Shown piece by piece: positions 13,257 through 27,073 of a stretch of DNA of 64,000 bases (the stretch's first letter is position 1; every line of letters begins with the position of its first letter). The position numbers and the translations under genes were made by a program. The DNA is taken from NCBI GenBank assembly GCA_964016885.1, contig OZ024740.1, positions 190,278,001 through 190,342,000 of the forward strand. Direction: 5' to 3'. Source of the DNA: Eledone cirrhosa. Its lineage: Eukaryota. Below the pieces are notes generated by a model. It was not told the origin of the DNA, searched no databases, and saw only the letters and a program-made list of their open reading frames with translations.

Positions 13257-13429
13257 TATAAAGAATTGATATCTAGTAACATATATATACATACAGATGC
13301 ATATCAATGCTAGCAAATATATAGGTTTTGTCTTAGTAACTTTGTGGTTCAATGCATGGGGTTGCAGAACAATAATATGAGAGACGTAAAATAAGAAAAT
13401 TATAAAATTAATTTACTTACTAAAATATC

Positions 13430-13511
13430 ACTTCCAACTAATTAGTTTCTGGAATGGAATAAATATATTTTCCGAAGAAGATACTGAGAAGCATTCCGTC
13501 GTCAGGGAGGT
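13430..13511 (-). ncRNA. Type I hammerhead ribozyme (unit 1)
   Basis: Minus strand: ACCTCC-CTGACGA-C-GGAATG-(35 nt)-CATTCC-A-GAAA-CTAATTAG-TT-GGAAGT, with a palindromic stem III. Confidence 0.75.
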
Positions 13512-13947
13512 CTATTCTCGTCTAAGTATCCAGGCAAAGCGTGGACACTGGAAACTTATTAAAAAATAATTCAGTGGATAGGAAATAGCAAAGCGTGGAC
13601 TGAATTCCTAACCATTGAGAAAACCACTGCCTCTGCGTCGGTGGCAAATTCAAAAAGAATCATTCACGTGACATCGAGGTCAATCAGTGGAAAGTGGTTT
13701 GCTAATAAGACAGCGGCCTGCTACCATAGCAGCAGTCATGGGCAATATTGCTCGACAAATAATTTGGAGATAATTATAAAGAATTAATATCTAGTAACAT
13801 ATATATACATACAGATGCATATCAATGCTAGCAAATATATAGGTTTTGTCTTAGTAACTTTGTGGTTCAATGCATGGGGTTGCAGAACAATAATATGAGA
13901 GACTTAAAATAAGAAAATCATAAAATTAACTTACTTACTAAAATATC

Positions 13948-14029
13948 ACTTCCAACTAATTAGTTTCTGGAATGGAATAAATATATTTTCCGAAGAAGAT
14001 ACTGAGAAACATTCCGTCGTCAGGGAGGT
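13948..14029 (-). ncRNA. Type I hammerhead ribozyme (unit 2)
   Basis: Same motif 518 bp downstream; the one difference I see falls in loop II. Confidence 0.75.
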
Positions 14030-14575
14030 CTATTCTCGCCTAAGTATCCAGGCAAAGCGTGGACACTGGAAACTTATTAAAAAATAATTCAGTGGATAGG
14101 ACATAGCAAAGCGTGGACTGAATTCCTAGCCATTGAGAAAATCACTGCCTCTGCGTCGGTGGCAAATTCAAAAAGAATCATTCACGTGACATCGAGGTCA
14201 ATCAGTGGAAAGTGGTTTGCTAATAAGACAGCGGCCTGCTACCATAGCAGCAGTCATGGGCAATATTGCTCGTCAAATAATTTGGAGATAATTATAAAGA
14301 ATTAATATCTAGTAACATATATATACATACAGATGCATATCAATACTAGCAAATATATAGGTTTTGTCTTAGTAACTTTGTGGTTCAATGCATGGGGTTG
14401 CAGAACAATAATATGAGGGACGTAAAATAAGAAAATTATAAAATTAACTTCTTCGGAAAATATATTTATTCCATTCCAGAAACTAATTAGTTGGAAGTGA
14501 TATTTTAGGAAGTAAGTTAATTTTATAATTTTCTTATTTTACGTCTCTCATATATATATATGTATGTATATATAT

Positions 14576-14671
<96 letters not shown>

Positions 14672-14687
14672 ATATATATATATATAC

Positions 14688-15420
<733 letters not shown>

Positions 15421-15754
15421 AATTTCCTCCGATATGTTCTTATATACTTCCGTCTTACTACATAACTTCCCTAGCTATGAAGACGTTTCATTTTTATGTT
15501 TATCAATGTATTCTTTATCTTTGTATTTTATCTTTGTATCCGATTTTTATTTATTTATAACTTTCATTACTCAGGTCATTATGCACTTTTCATAGGCCCC
15601 TACCCACCAAAGAACCACACTACTTATAACCCGGACTAACTGGGACTTTAAAATAATTATAGTCTATTTGCTCATTTTATTGAGTTTTGCTACCTCCGAT
15701 GGATGTCGTGGCTTTTCCAGGCTGTGCGATGGGACCTCGGAAAGTTCTGCCTTC

Positions 15755-17099
15755 CTTGAGTGCTTGAAAAAAGAAAATGTCCCTCTTTCGGTAAATGAAA
15801 TTACTCGGCGCGGCTTGCTTTGCCCTGGGCCGGCCGTGCCGCCTGTTTTGACCGCCATATTATACTTATACCTATAAACTCTAGGCTTAGGCATAACTGT
15901 TAGCAGTATCATGCCTCTACTGGCACGTAAATAAACCCCTGTGTGAATTAATAGTATTCGTTTGGTATTGACGATGGCCTGTCGAAATTGTAGACTTCCC
16001 GCTAGCACACCCGGGGCATGGTGTAGCTACGTTCCTAGAGTACTCGGAAAAATTAATTTCCATTTCTTTCGCTGGACGATACCACTCGAAACTGGCTGAC
16101 ACACGCCTAACAGGTGCTGGCTGGGTTTCACATTCGAAGGTTTTAAGCTTTATCTCAACATGATATCTTATCAAGATTAAATTTTTCATATAAGACTCTC
16201 TCTGTAAGTTCATTAAATTAATTTCCATTTCTTTCGCTGGACGATATCACTCGAAACTGGCTGACACGTGGTTAGAGAGGTGCTGGCTGGGTTTCACATT
16301 CGAAGTCTTTAAGCTTTATCTCACCCTGATATCTTATCGAGATTAACTTTTTCATATAAGACTATCTCTGTAAGTCGATTAAATAATGTTTTTATTTATT
16401 ATACAATCTTCAATTTTTTAATTTATTTTCACCCTATAACTCGTAACATAAGTTCAACGTTCCAAATTTCTGTTCACACATTAGACATACAGACACACAT
16501 TATATATGCCTCTGTTAAAATATAGATTCTTTAGAATAACGTGTTTTGAGGCGTTTTCTAGCTTGACTGTTATGTGACACTTACGCTGACTTCTTTCTTT
16601 CTCTTTTTTTTTCTTCTCTCTATCTTTCTTTCTTTCTTTCTTACCCTTTTTTATTTTTTATTCTTTGGCGGAGAGTGGTAGTACGTTATAAGCCTTCGGC
16701 CCCTCACCAGCTGCGTATTAGCAGTTCGAGTTGCCATCACTTTGAGGGCAACTTGCCGAGGTGAAGACAGCTAGTGGTCAGTCGTCCTCTCTGTCTCTGA
16801 TTTTTCGGAACCATGGTTTTTATATATACATATTCCTTTAGTTATATTTCAAATACCTGACGATATCACCGGATTCATATGGAACTCGGTCATTGAAATG
16901 ATCAGAGTATAATAAACCTTTCAAGGATTTACACTAGTCCAGCCTCCGGTTATTTTTATTTATAATGAACTCCGTATTCGCACCACCAACTACACAAACG
17001 AAACGGGTGAACTGCACTACGTTGAGTACTTTCCACAATATTACACCAAGATTGACCATACGGTATGACCAAATCTATCCGGTGGTGAACCAACAAACC

Positions 17100-17100
<1 letters not shown>
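15755..17100 (+). mobile_element. Non-autonomous HHR-bearing element, copy 1, with an internal ~185-bp duplication
   Basis: Shares its start (CTTGAGTGCTTG..TTTCGGTAAATGAAA) and its end (GTGGTGAACC..AAACCT, then (TA)n) with 25751-26891. Confidence 0.7.
16853..16910 (+). ncRNA. Type I HHR with mutated cleavage triplet
   Basis: ATAC-CTGACGA-TATCACCGG...CTCGGTCATT-GAAA-TGATCA-GA-GTAT; U16.1 is changed to G relative to the 26639 copy. Confidence 0.7.
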
Positions 17101-17159
<59 letters not shown>

Positions 17160-17199
17160 AGAGTATTGAAGTTTGCTTGAAGCATTGTGGAACAATAAG

Positions 17200-19800
17200 T
17201 AAATATCTTTAAGTCATTTGGAAGCCTCGACAATGTAAATGGGTAAAACTCCGGGTAACAAGGTCCGGTGGTGGAGAGAGAGATGTAAGTGGGTGTACGT
17301 TGAGATGCGTGGTGTGTATAAGATGTGTGAGATGTGTAGAATGAAATTTCGCTCACTGTTTCAGTGACATGTGACATGTCAGATGATGGTTTTACCACAG
17401 TGGAACGGAAGATAGTCATGCGGTCTGGTTTTGCCGTTCTACCCAATACAGCTCCACCGGCTCGAGCTGGGTGAGAAAGCCTGCAATGTCCAAGCATTTC
17501 ATTATGATTTCGTTGATCGCAACATGGAAGCCGACCAGTACTGTCGCGACAGAACAGCGGATGGAGGCCGAAAGAGACTTCAGTGGATGCGAATAGACTT
17601 TTTTATGGCCTGCTTTTCAGGAGTCCGAACCTCTTGGAAACTATGATTCTTAAGCAATCGTTATCAAACGCCGTGCTAGTCGAGGAAGTGGGTAAGGGAT
17701 TAAGCAATGCATAGCTGTGGGGTTGCTAAGCCAAGCGAAAACATATAAGGTGGTGCTGCTCAAGTTGACATGTTAGCGTTTCCTAGGCCATGCCAAACCG
17801 GTTGGCATTACATTTGCTCTGGAGGATTTTGACCCCTACCTGGTGAAGAATAGGAGCAGTGACTACATGGCAGATTCCGAGCAGGTTCCAAGTCTCATTG
17901 GCGGCCTCGCATTCTCCGATGCCACAGGATTCTGGTGTTTTGTGGAAAACCGTGTTGATGAGAACACAGCAAGATATTACAGTCGAAACAAACGGTTGCA
18001 ATGCCAGGAAGACCGAAGATCGGAGCCCCAAAGCACCCTTTCGAATATGTAAGGTCGCCTGATGCCATCAGAATTCCAGAAAACTGACGTTGCAGATCTT
18101 CTCAGCTGCTTTCGAATACACGTACTGAAGTCCGTGAAGAGAGATGCATGGTTGTAACAAAAAACATTACGAAGTTTGTAGAGGAGTTTGATATGGCGAA
18201 GCAGGTCCTCAACGAGAAGAGGGCTCCATGAGCGTCAATCAGGAAGAGTCCACTCGTCAGTGTAGTTGCTGCTAGATCCGGGACCTGATGGTTGAGCGGA
18301 TGGCGAGTTGAAGATGCGGACATCTTCTTTTGGGGTCACATGAACATGGCGGAGAATGAATCGCACGTCCGAGACGTAAGCTACAAAGTGCTCTGCGTCG
18401 TAGTTGATATTCACCATCTCTGACTTGGAGGAGTTTTCCTCCACGCAAATACGTATCCAGAGGAGGGGGAACCGATCGAAGGACGAGGCAGACATTCTCC
18501 AGAGTATGGTACCGCCCAACGTGGCATCATACAGGTAGTAACAGAGTGTGGGGAGAAAGTACATGGTGTTGAACCTCATTGGCTGTATGTATGATCATAT
18601 CTGAAGCAAGAAGCATATTCAAGGCTCCATAAGACAAGTAGTCCAGCAGATAGGCAGAGCGGCATCAGCTGATACAGGCCTCGAGCAAATGGCACCGGCA
18701 TAGAGAGCTAATGGCATTGCTCATTTAAAGATTGACAATAAAGTGCCTGCCGTCTCTCGACTACAGAATCGATGGGCAGTTTTCGATGAACTGTCGAGCA
18801 GCGTATGCCGAGCCCTAGTTGCACTAGGTTTAGTATCACTGCCGATTCAGGTGTGATTGTCATACAGAACACTTTAGCAACCAATCTTCGGAAGACATTG
18901 ACTACAGCGATAGAGCATATGCCAGCATATTTCCTCCTGGCAGCGCGTTCATCATAATGGGTGGAGAACGGCGCCCTTCGAGGCCCCAACTCTGACCGTG
19001 GCCGAGATAACACCCTTACTTGGTTTGGCGTTTATCGGGCAATCGATTTGTGCTGGCCTCAGAGGTGGAGGATTGAGGGCGGCTGAGAGCAGACTTTGTG
19101 GCGTCATTGGACATAGTTAGGATGGGCGCTTGCCCATAGGGGAACATGTTCGCATTGAAGGAAATTGCTCTTGACAGGCCTCGGTCACCACCAGATATGT
19201 GGAAACCGTGAACGAGCGGGGCAAAATAAAAGAGCCGCTCCTAGTCACTGGCTCCATTGTAGTTTAGAACTCTCTCGCTTGAGCATCCAAGGGCGTCGGG
19301 CATCGGCACCATGGCTTTCGGGATCTTGAGCCGCATCTTTCAGAGCTACCTCGGCAAAGCGATGTTGACCAGCGAGACTTCAGCATCAGACAAGCTTGTT
19401 GTCTCATCTGCTGGTTTAGTGAATGGTCGAAGCTGTGTTGGCGTGGAGAATTGACAATTGCTGCATCTCCACGTGCTGAGGCCACTCGATGCTCGTCGCG
19501 TCAGACCAACACAAGAAATGTGGTGAAACATCCTCACCCACGACAGTTCTGGCCTATCTTCTACCTGTTCGTGCTGATGCATATGCTCCATATTTCACCT
19601 GGTGTTGATGGGTAGGACGTGGAGTCGGGGACAGATGTATTATGCAGCAACATAGGTGTGTGGCTCATTTTCTCCGGCCATGTTGCTTAACTCAACCGTG
19701 TGTGCGTGGATGGGAGAAACAAGGATCATGCGGTGATGATATGAATGAGTGAGTATGTCTCACGTACAACAGGCATGAAATCACCAGGAATATAACAGGG
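17200..19800 (-). mobile_element. Highly decayed CRE-clade-like non-LTR retrotransposon (RT plus restriction-like endonuclease)
   Basis: Minus-strand fragments IAVVNVFRRLVAKV...VQLGLGIR, DAHGALFSLRTCFAI and LEPV.L..G..KPD.MTIF...(W)DV resemble CRE motifs PIAVG..RRL.AK/QLGVG and EP.GL...GKRPDG.T. Boundaries are approximate. Confidence 0.65.
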
Positions 19801-19899
19801 AGAAGGAGTAGTGGCATGGATTTAAAAAGGAAAATCTTCAGAAATCTATTTGTATATATCTATATACAGACACATACTCTCACCAACATACGCACATAT

Positions 19900-21800
19900 A
19901 CTCCCAAGTTTTGATTATGAAACCAAAGTATTTATTGATTATAAATGCTTGTGGACATTTTCATGCCCATATGTTTGTGTATGTGTATATTTATAATTTT
20001 GGAAAAAAAAAATTGCATCTGTATTATTTAGGCAGATTTCAACACATGGCATAAAGCTCAGAGGAGAGAAATTAATGCTATAGAAGTTGGAATTGTTTCG
20101 GAATTTTAGAGAATCCAAAATATATTGTTTGTGTTAAGTTGTCCTAAATATTCTATAAACCTTACATTCCAATAATTACATATAACCATTAGTAAATATT
20201 AAGTGTTGTTGAAAAAATATCACATCGCCTTAATCGATAATTTTTTTCTATATAGCATTTTGATAATTATAATGACTCTGAAATATGAACGTATATCTTA
20301 TATTTCATATGTAATACGCTCGGGTTTACACACGCAACAGTATATAGTGCGGCGTTATGTCTCATGCTGTACTTAATAAATTTCTTGGTAGTTATTTCCG
20401 AAACTAGTTGTAGCAGATCAACTTTTTTTCCTTAAAATTTGTAGATGCATATTGTATAATGCCATCATAGATTCACAATCTGTGACAACAATAAAATGGA
20501 ATGGATTTAAAAATAAATCCACTTGGACAAAACTGATTCTAAATTAAACAAGAGCTATTCTGCAATAGGCAAATCGTGTTATATATTTAAAAAAAATGGT
20601 TATATCTAGTACATCACAGCTCATTAATGTAATATGCCGTACAATATGCCTGGCAAAGAAAAAGCATGATCTTGAGAGTGTTCACTTTGAAAGTATGTAT
20701 ATTTGATTTGGGCCCAATTGAACTTAAAGAAGAATATTCATCCTAAAATGGAACTTAGGACAGTATAATAATTAATGAGGCCAATATTCACTTGTCACCG
20801 GCCATCTGCCTATAGTAAAAAAAAGGAATATTTAAAGAAATAGTAAATGCATAAACAATTCTTGAAATAAACATTCCAGTTCTAAGACTCCATTTAACAG
20901 TACATAGATCACGTTCTTGTTCTAAAGTGCTTGCCATTAAGCTATTTCTAGGAAAATTAAACTCCGTCAATTATCTCATAAAATAGATTATTTATCACCA
21001 TAAAAATGGTTGAAAATATTTAAAAATAATATATTTTTGTTGATATTCTGACAGAATTGATGATGAAACATTTTGATTAAATCAACATATCTGAATGCAT
21101 AATTAAGTATACACAAATCAGAAATGTGTGCCATCATAACTGTCAGGTTTATTGCTAATAACAAAGCACCAACATTTATTCCTCTCAATTTCGGCACCAG
21201 CCGTTAAATTCAATCAACTCATTATTGACCAATCGCAAGAAAAACTGCTATATAATTGTTTCTGTCATTTCCATCTAGTTGCTATCTCGGATTTGCTTTC
21301 ATTAAGAGGTTTCTACATTTGGCACTTTTCTCTTAGCAAATATTGTACGTAAGAACAACAAACCAAACCTCCATAAATGCGTTTTTTGTTACATTGAGTC
21401 ATTATCTTCATGACGAAATTTTAGTCAGAATAAATATTACATAAACATTGTATTCATATAACTCTTCATTCCAAGTGAACATGGATCCTAGTCTGAATGG
21501 AGACACAGATATTTACATACAAACGGATAGAAAAAGAACTACTATAGTTTCAAGTTAGTATTGATTTTTAAACTTTGCAAATGAGGTATGAATTTTGAAT
21601 TAAAAATGTAATCAACAATGGCATAATCGCAATTCATTGTTCATACGCAATTGGAATCTACCTAAAAGTAATACTAAATCGTACAAGATTATTATGAAGT
21701 ATATTAAGTTGCTGGTTTATTTGAGAGGAAGGCAATGGCGAGGAAGTAAATATTTCTGGTGAATGTTTAAGTATATTTTAGTCAGTTAAATATTGGTGTA
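19900..21800 (-). mobile_element. Possible very old P-element/THAP9-like transposase relic
   Basis: Weak motif order on the minus strand (MFISRI..PFFYY; V...ISD...N; DLIK; L..D..FFSKI); no clean ORF or TIR seen. Confidence 0.25.
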
Positions 21801-21943
21801 ATCTTCCTATCATTTAGTTGATATTTATAGAAGTGGCGCTCATTGTGATGATTCTGATTACATATATTTGTGTTCATAAGTAAAATGATTCTAGATATTC
21901 ATAATCTGGAGATTCAATCCCCCCACACATGTATATAGGCATA

Positions 21944-22850
21944 TTTCTTTTACTCTTTTACCTGTTTCAGCCATCCGGCCGAGGCCATGCTGGGGCACCG
22001 CCCTTGTTGCTACACATTTTATCTCCAGCTTGTATAGGTTGGCTACTGGTGTAAGAGGAAGTTTGTTGCTGCTGCCCTTAGGTTTCCCTCGTGTCTTGCT
22101 GTAGGCTCATCCGGGATCCTGGATAACAAGGTGTCGAGATGTTTCTTGAAGTCATCCACCTCCACGTCATGCAAGTCTCTCAGATCCCTCGGCAGCCTGT
22201 TGACGTCCTGTTCGACGGTTGGTCCAGCTCCCAATGCCAAAGTTTGGGTCTACTCCCTCCAGGATTGTCCATATGTAGATCACTGCGTATCTCTCCCGTC
22301 TTCGCTCCAAGGAGTAGAGGTTCAGTTCCTTTAGCCTCTCCCAGTAGCTTGTCTCCCTCATCTTGGCAATCCTCTTGGTGTAGCTTCGCTGGATTTCCTC
22401 AAGCTCCGTGGTCAGTTTGACACTATGGGGTGACCATAACTGGGAGCAGTAGTCCAGGCGGCTTAGGACAAATGTCCTCCATAGTGTCAACATGGTGTCT
22501 CGATCTCTTGTCCGAAAAGTCCTCAAGATCCAGCCAGCGAGTCGTCTGCACATTGTCGCCACTTTCATGATGTGTGAAGAAAAAGATGCATCATCGCTCA
22601 TGTCTATGCCCAGGTCTCGTATCGATTTTAACACGGAGATATCAGTCCCTCCTGGTCCTGTGTAGTTGTGTTCCACTATATTTGTGTTTGCAGGTTTGTT
22701 TGGAGGTTTGTATTGTAGGGCTTGGAATTTGCCAGCATTAAACTGCATGTTGTTTTCTTCCGCCCATTTGTATATGGCATCCAGATTCTGCTGTAAAAGG
22801 GAAGCGTCAGCCGGATTTTTGATTGCCTGTGCTACCATAGTGTCATCAGC

Positions 22851-22853
<3 letters not shown>
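21944..22853 (-). mobile_element. CR1-like LINE 3' fragment with intact tail
   Basis: [56 protein letters not shown]; the tail ends GGTGCCCCAGCATGGCC...CTGAAACAGGTAAAAGAGTAAAAG. Confidence 0.9.
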
Positions 22854-23204
<351 letters not shown>

Positions 23205-24006
23205 AAGGGATGATCACATGTGATTCTAGCGTATTTCTGTCATTTTACATGCACATGTATGTGTCTGAACCGTTATCAACTTTTAAATATTAATCTTCAG
23301 CATATTTGTGCTTAGATTATTCACCAGTTTACGGGAAGATCATAGATTAATATGATCATCCAACTTAATTCGACACTAAGTAGGTGAAACATCATAGTAT
23401 ATAGGAGGTATTTCTAATAAAAACATCATTAGAGCTGACATGATATATGATTAACTACATTTCTAAATTAAATAGCCATAACTCGAAGAGATAGCTAAGG
23501 TAATTCCCAGGATCCTGTATAATTTAGATTCGACAAAGGTTTATCAAATTGCACATATGCAATATAAACGCCAATGTTGTGAAACCTGCGCAATCTCATT
23601 TTATAACTTGCACAATTTGTATGTGTTTTAGTCAGAAGTCACATGATTATACTTATATAATAGATGTGCGAAAAGACTTCTGTTCAGACATTAACGACAC
23701 CAATGGAATCAATTCAGCATTACTCAACGAATACCTAGAGTTATCCACAAGGTGGATAACACATGTAACACATTTCAAAATTCTCCAAGGCTTCGTAAGA
23801 TTAAAGATATTTTGATTGTGGTTAATAATATAAAATATGTAAAGTATAAGTTACTTAATAAAACTTCATGAAAGAAAGCTTTTTGAAAGTAATGTTATCC
23901 TCGAACAAAATCAGAAACACACACGTATATATTATATATATATGTGTATATATATGTATTTATATATGTATATATATATATATATATATATAAATATATC
24001 TATATA

Positions 24007-24072
<66 letters not shown>

Positions 24073-24129
24073 TTTATATATGTATTCATATATATATATA
24101 TATATATATATATACTTATATATATATAC

Positions 24130-24160
<31 letters not shown>

Positions 24161-24211
24161 CATATATATATATGTACACATATCTATATATAAATGTATA
24201 CAAATATATAC

Positions 24212-24262
<51 letters not shown>

Positions 24263-24265
<3 letters not shown>

Positions 24266-24440
24266 CGATGGAAATGTGGTAAGGAACCAGGTGGACCATA
24301 ACGCACCAAAGTAATCAATACTTAGGGTAGTAGAGTGGGTAATAGGAACGAGTAGGACCCCGACGGCTGAGCTCAAGCCTTTTCGACGGCTAATTCTGAA
24401 AAGGCTTGAGCTCAGACGTCGGGGTCCTACTCGTTCCTAT
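24263..24440. mobile_element. Tiny fold-back relic of a PLE1-related HHR 3' half
   Basis: 43-nt inverted arms at 24342-24384 and 24398-24440 (GAAAAGGCTTGAGCTCAG.CGTCGGGGTC) are homologous to 5934-5968; TA-flanked. Confidence 0.8.
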
Positions 24441-24552
24441 ATATATATATAAATATATATATATAATTTCATTCGCACCGTTTCCTTTCGCTATATGTCT
24501 CTCCACCACTCCCCTACACACCCTTTGAACTCTGTTCCCACACACTTCTCAC

Positions 24553-24583
24553 CTGAGGAAGGGATTATGCCCGAAACATTGTT
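24553..24583 (+). ncRNA. Minimal HHR core lacking a recognisable stem I
   Basis: CTGAGGA-A-GGG-attatg-CCC-GAAAC-att-GTT. Confidence 0.5.
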
Positions 24584-24704
24584 CCCCACCACCACCCCAC
24601 TCTCCAGAGTGTGAAATTAATAAAAATTCGTTGTACTGCCTCTCTGTTTTGTTCCTGTTCAAATGTTTCCATTATATATCTATATATATATATACATATA
24701 ACTC

Positions 24705-24960
24705 TCAGTGTGCAGTCGGTCTTAAGCCAGAAGGCTCATCTGCCCGATGGCGAGAAGCGACTGAGGGAACCAAACACACCCTGCACAGGACACCATTCTA
24801 TCACAGGATTAAACTCCCAGCTATTGCTGGTACTAATATTCAGCTGAGTATATTGGAGCAACGTGAAATGAATTGTTTTGCTGAAGAACACAACATCGCA
24901 GCACAGGAATCGAACCCGATCATTATGATCGTAATTCAACTACCACTAAGCCATGCGCCT
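24705..24960 (-). mobile_element. tRNA-derived SINE
   Basis: The minus-strand head has an A box (TGGCTTAGTGG) and a B box (GGTTCGATTCC), then a CORE-like TTCATTTCACGTTGCTCCA. Confidence 0.75.
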
Positions 24961-24980
24961 CGACTATTTAAACACACACA

Positions 24981-25030
<50 letters not shown>

Positions 25031-25254
25031 TATATATATATATTTATTAAAATAACAGATTAAAGTTTAAGCAAAGAATCGCTGCTTTCACAATTAACGG
25101 GATATTTATCCTTATCGAGCCCTATTTGGACTTTTGTCTTCACATTTATTATTATTACTATATATATATATATATATATACAATATATTCCAACGGTTTA
25201 ATTTAAATGTACAGGATTTAAAACTCTCCGACACTAATTTGCATAATAGACCAA

Positions 25255-25441
25255 TAATTGTTTCTACTTTAGGCACAAGGCCAGCAATTACCCCGTGCAT
25301 TACTGGATTTTATTTTATCGACCCCGCAAGGATGAAAGGCAAAGTCAACCTCGGCGGGATTTGAACTCAGATCGTAAAGGGACTTAACTATGCTGGAAAG
25401 CATGGCGTCCGACCCTCTACCGATACTGCCAATCCACCGCA
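25255..25441 (-). mobile_element. tRNA-derived SINE (Octopus-type)
   Basis: A box TGGCAGTATCGG, B box GTTCAAATC, body CTTTGCCTTTCATCC..GGGGTCGATAAAAT; second copy at 33845-34035. Confidence 0.85.
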
Positions 25442-25499
25442 TAATAGAGCAATAATAAAATTAGTAACCCCACTATCCGGGAACTTCCAACCGACATGG

Positions 25500-25745
25500 T
25501 CGCATTCTTTAAAGGTATGTCAATATTTGTTTATAAAACTGATCCATATTATATTTCATCTCATGAAAGCGCACCATGATTTGCCGTGGTTTCTTTGAAA
25601 TATGTATAATGAAATAAATATGGTTTTATAAATTTAGTTTCCATTTGTTAATATATTGTATTTTTACTCCAAAAATTTGTTGAGTGCTTTATATCAGTTA
25701 TAAAAATATTTGCTTGTTGTATCCCAACAAATTAAATATAACTTC
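25500..25745 (+). mobile_element. Second copy of the 1345-1685 HHR family; HHR at 25554-25614 with mutated core
   Basis: TTTCAT-CTCATGA-...-GAAA-TATGTA-TA-ATGAAA; the downstream sequence matches the reverse complement of 1350-1500. Confidence 0.75.
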
Positions 25746-25750
25746 TACAC

Positions 25751-26891
25751 CTTGAGTGCTTGGAAAAATAAATTTCCCCTTCTTTCGGTAAATGAAAATA
25801 ATCGGAGTGGCTTAATTCGCCCCGGGGGGCCCAGGGCGCGGCCGGTTTTTAATCGCCACATAGTACCTTTAAATTACAGATCAAATCAGAACTATTAGAT
25901 ATATCAACCTTAAAATGTTAAACTGTTTAACTTTAAATTTTCTAATTTCTTTGATATTAATTATTAATTATTAATTATTAATCTTTGACTTCATCCTATA
26001 AGTCTAAACAAAAACGTAACGTATCAATATTCTGCCCACACATTATAACACACTGGACCCACTATATTCACCTCTGCTACGATACAGGTCCCTGTAAACA
26101 TTTTCTCGCGCCACTCCTGGCCTGACTGTAGTCTGACATTAATATCGACCTTTCTTCCTCTTTCTTTCTATCTTCCTTCTTGTAGCCATCAACCCTTTCT
26201 CTTTCACTTCTTCCTTTTAATCCTTCTTTTCTCCCCTCTTTCTGTCTTCCTCCCGCAGACTTATATTCCTTCCCCCTTTTGGTTCGCCTATATCTGACCA
26301 GTAGTAGTTGTTTAGATATGGGTCCCGTAGAATAAAACAATTTCTTCGCGACAATCCTGGCCTGACTGTAATGCCGACCTTCCCTCTTCTTTCTTTCTGT
26401 CTTTCTTCTTATAGCTGATATTCTTCTCTCTCCTTTCTTTCTTTCTTTTGTCTTGTAACTTATGTTCCCATCCCTTTCTGTTTCTTTTTATCTGACCGGT
26501 AGTAGCACACTGTGAGCTTTAGCCACGTCACTCGAGGGCGCCCGGATAAGGTAGAGGGTGTAAGATAGCGGTCGCCCTCGGGTCCACGATTTTCAGCCCC
26601 ATGGATTTCATCTATTACATTCACGTATAATATTTCGAATACCTGATGATATCACCGGATTCATACGGAACCCGGTCATTGAAATGATCATAGTATAATA
26701 AACCTTTCAAGGATTTACACAAATCCAGCCTCCTGTCATTTCATTATAATATTTAACTCCGTAATAGCACCACCAACTACACAAACAAAGACGGTTGAAC
26801 TGCTTTACGTTGAGTACTCTCTATATTATTACATTACGATTGACCATACGGAATTGACCAGCTCTATCCAGTGGTGAACCTCAAACCTGAA
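25751..26891 (+). mobile_element. Non-autonomous HHR-bearing element, copy 2
   Basis: Colinear with 15755-17100 and ends at the same point next to (TA)n. Confidence 0.7.
26639..26696 (+). ncRNA. Type I hammerhead ribozyme, intact core
   Basis: ATAC-CTGATGA-TATCACCGG-attcatacggaac-CCGGTCATT-GAAA-TGATCA-TA-GTAT; stem III is the palindrome ATGATCAT. Confidence 0.85.
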
Positions 26892-26979
26892 TATATATAC
26901 ATATATATATATATATTACGTTGAATGTCTATATTTATTAATATTTTGAATTAATATATATATATGTTTGTGTGTGTGA

Positions 26980-27073
<94 letters not shown>

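Larger units (their letters stand above)
13255..14551 (-). repeat. 518-bp tandem repeat (2.3 units) plus terminal inverted segment, one HHR per unit
   Basis: Units start at 13255, 13773 and 14291; 14448-14551 is the reverse complement of ~13377-13480; (TA)n flanks both ends. Confidence 0.92.

Noticed and set aside
13255-14450. Regular repeats as CRISPR or satellite DNA
   Set aside because: No unique spacers, eukaryotic context and only 2.3 units.
24880-24960. tRNA-like A/B boxes
   Set aside because: SINE head with no cloverleaf; not a tRNA gene.
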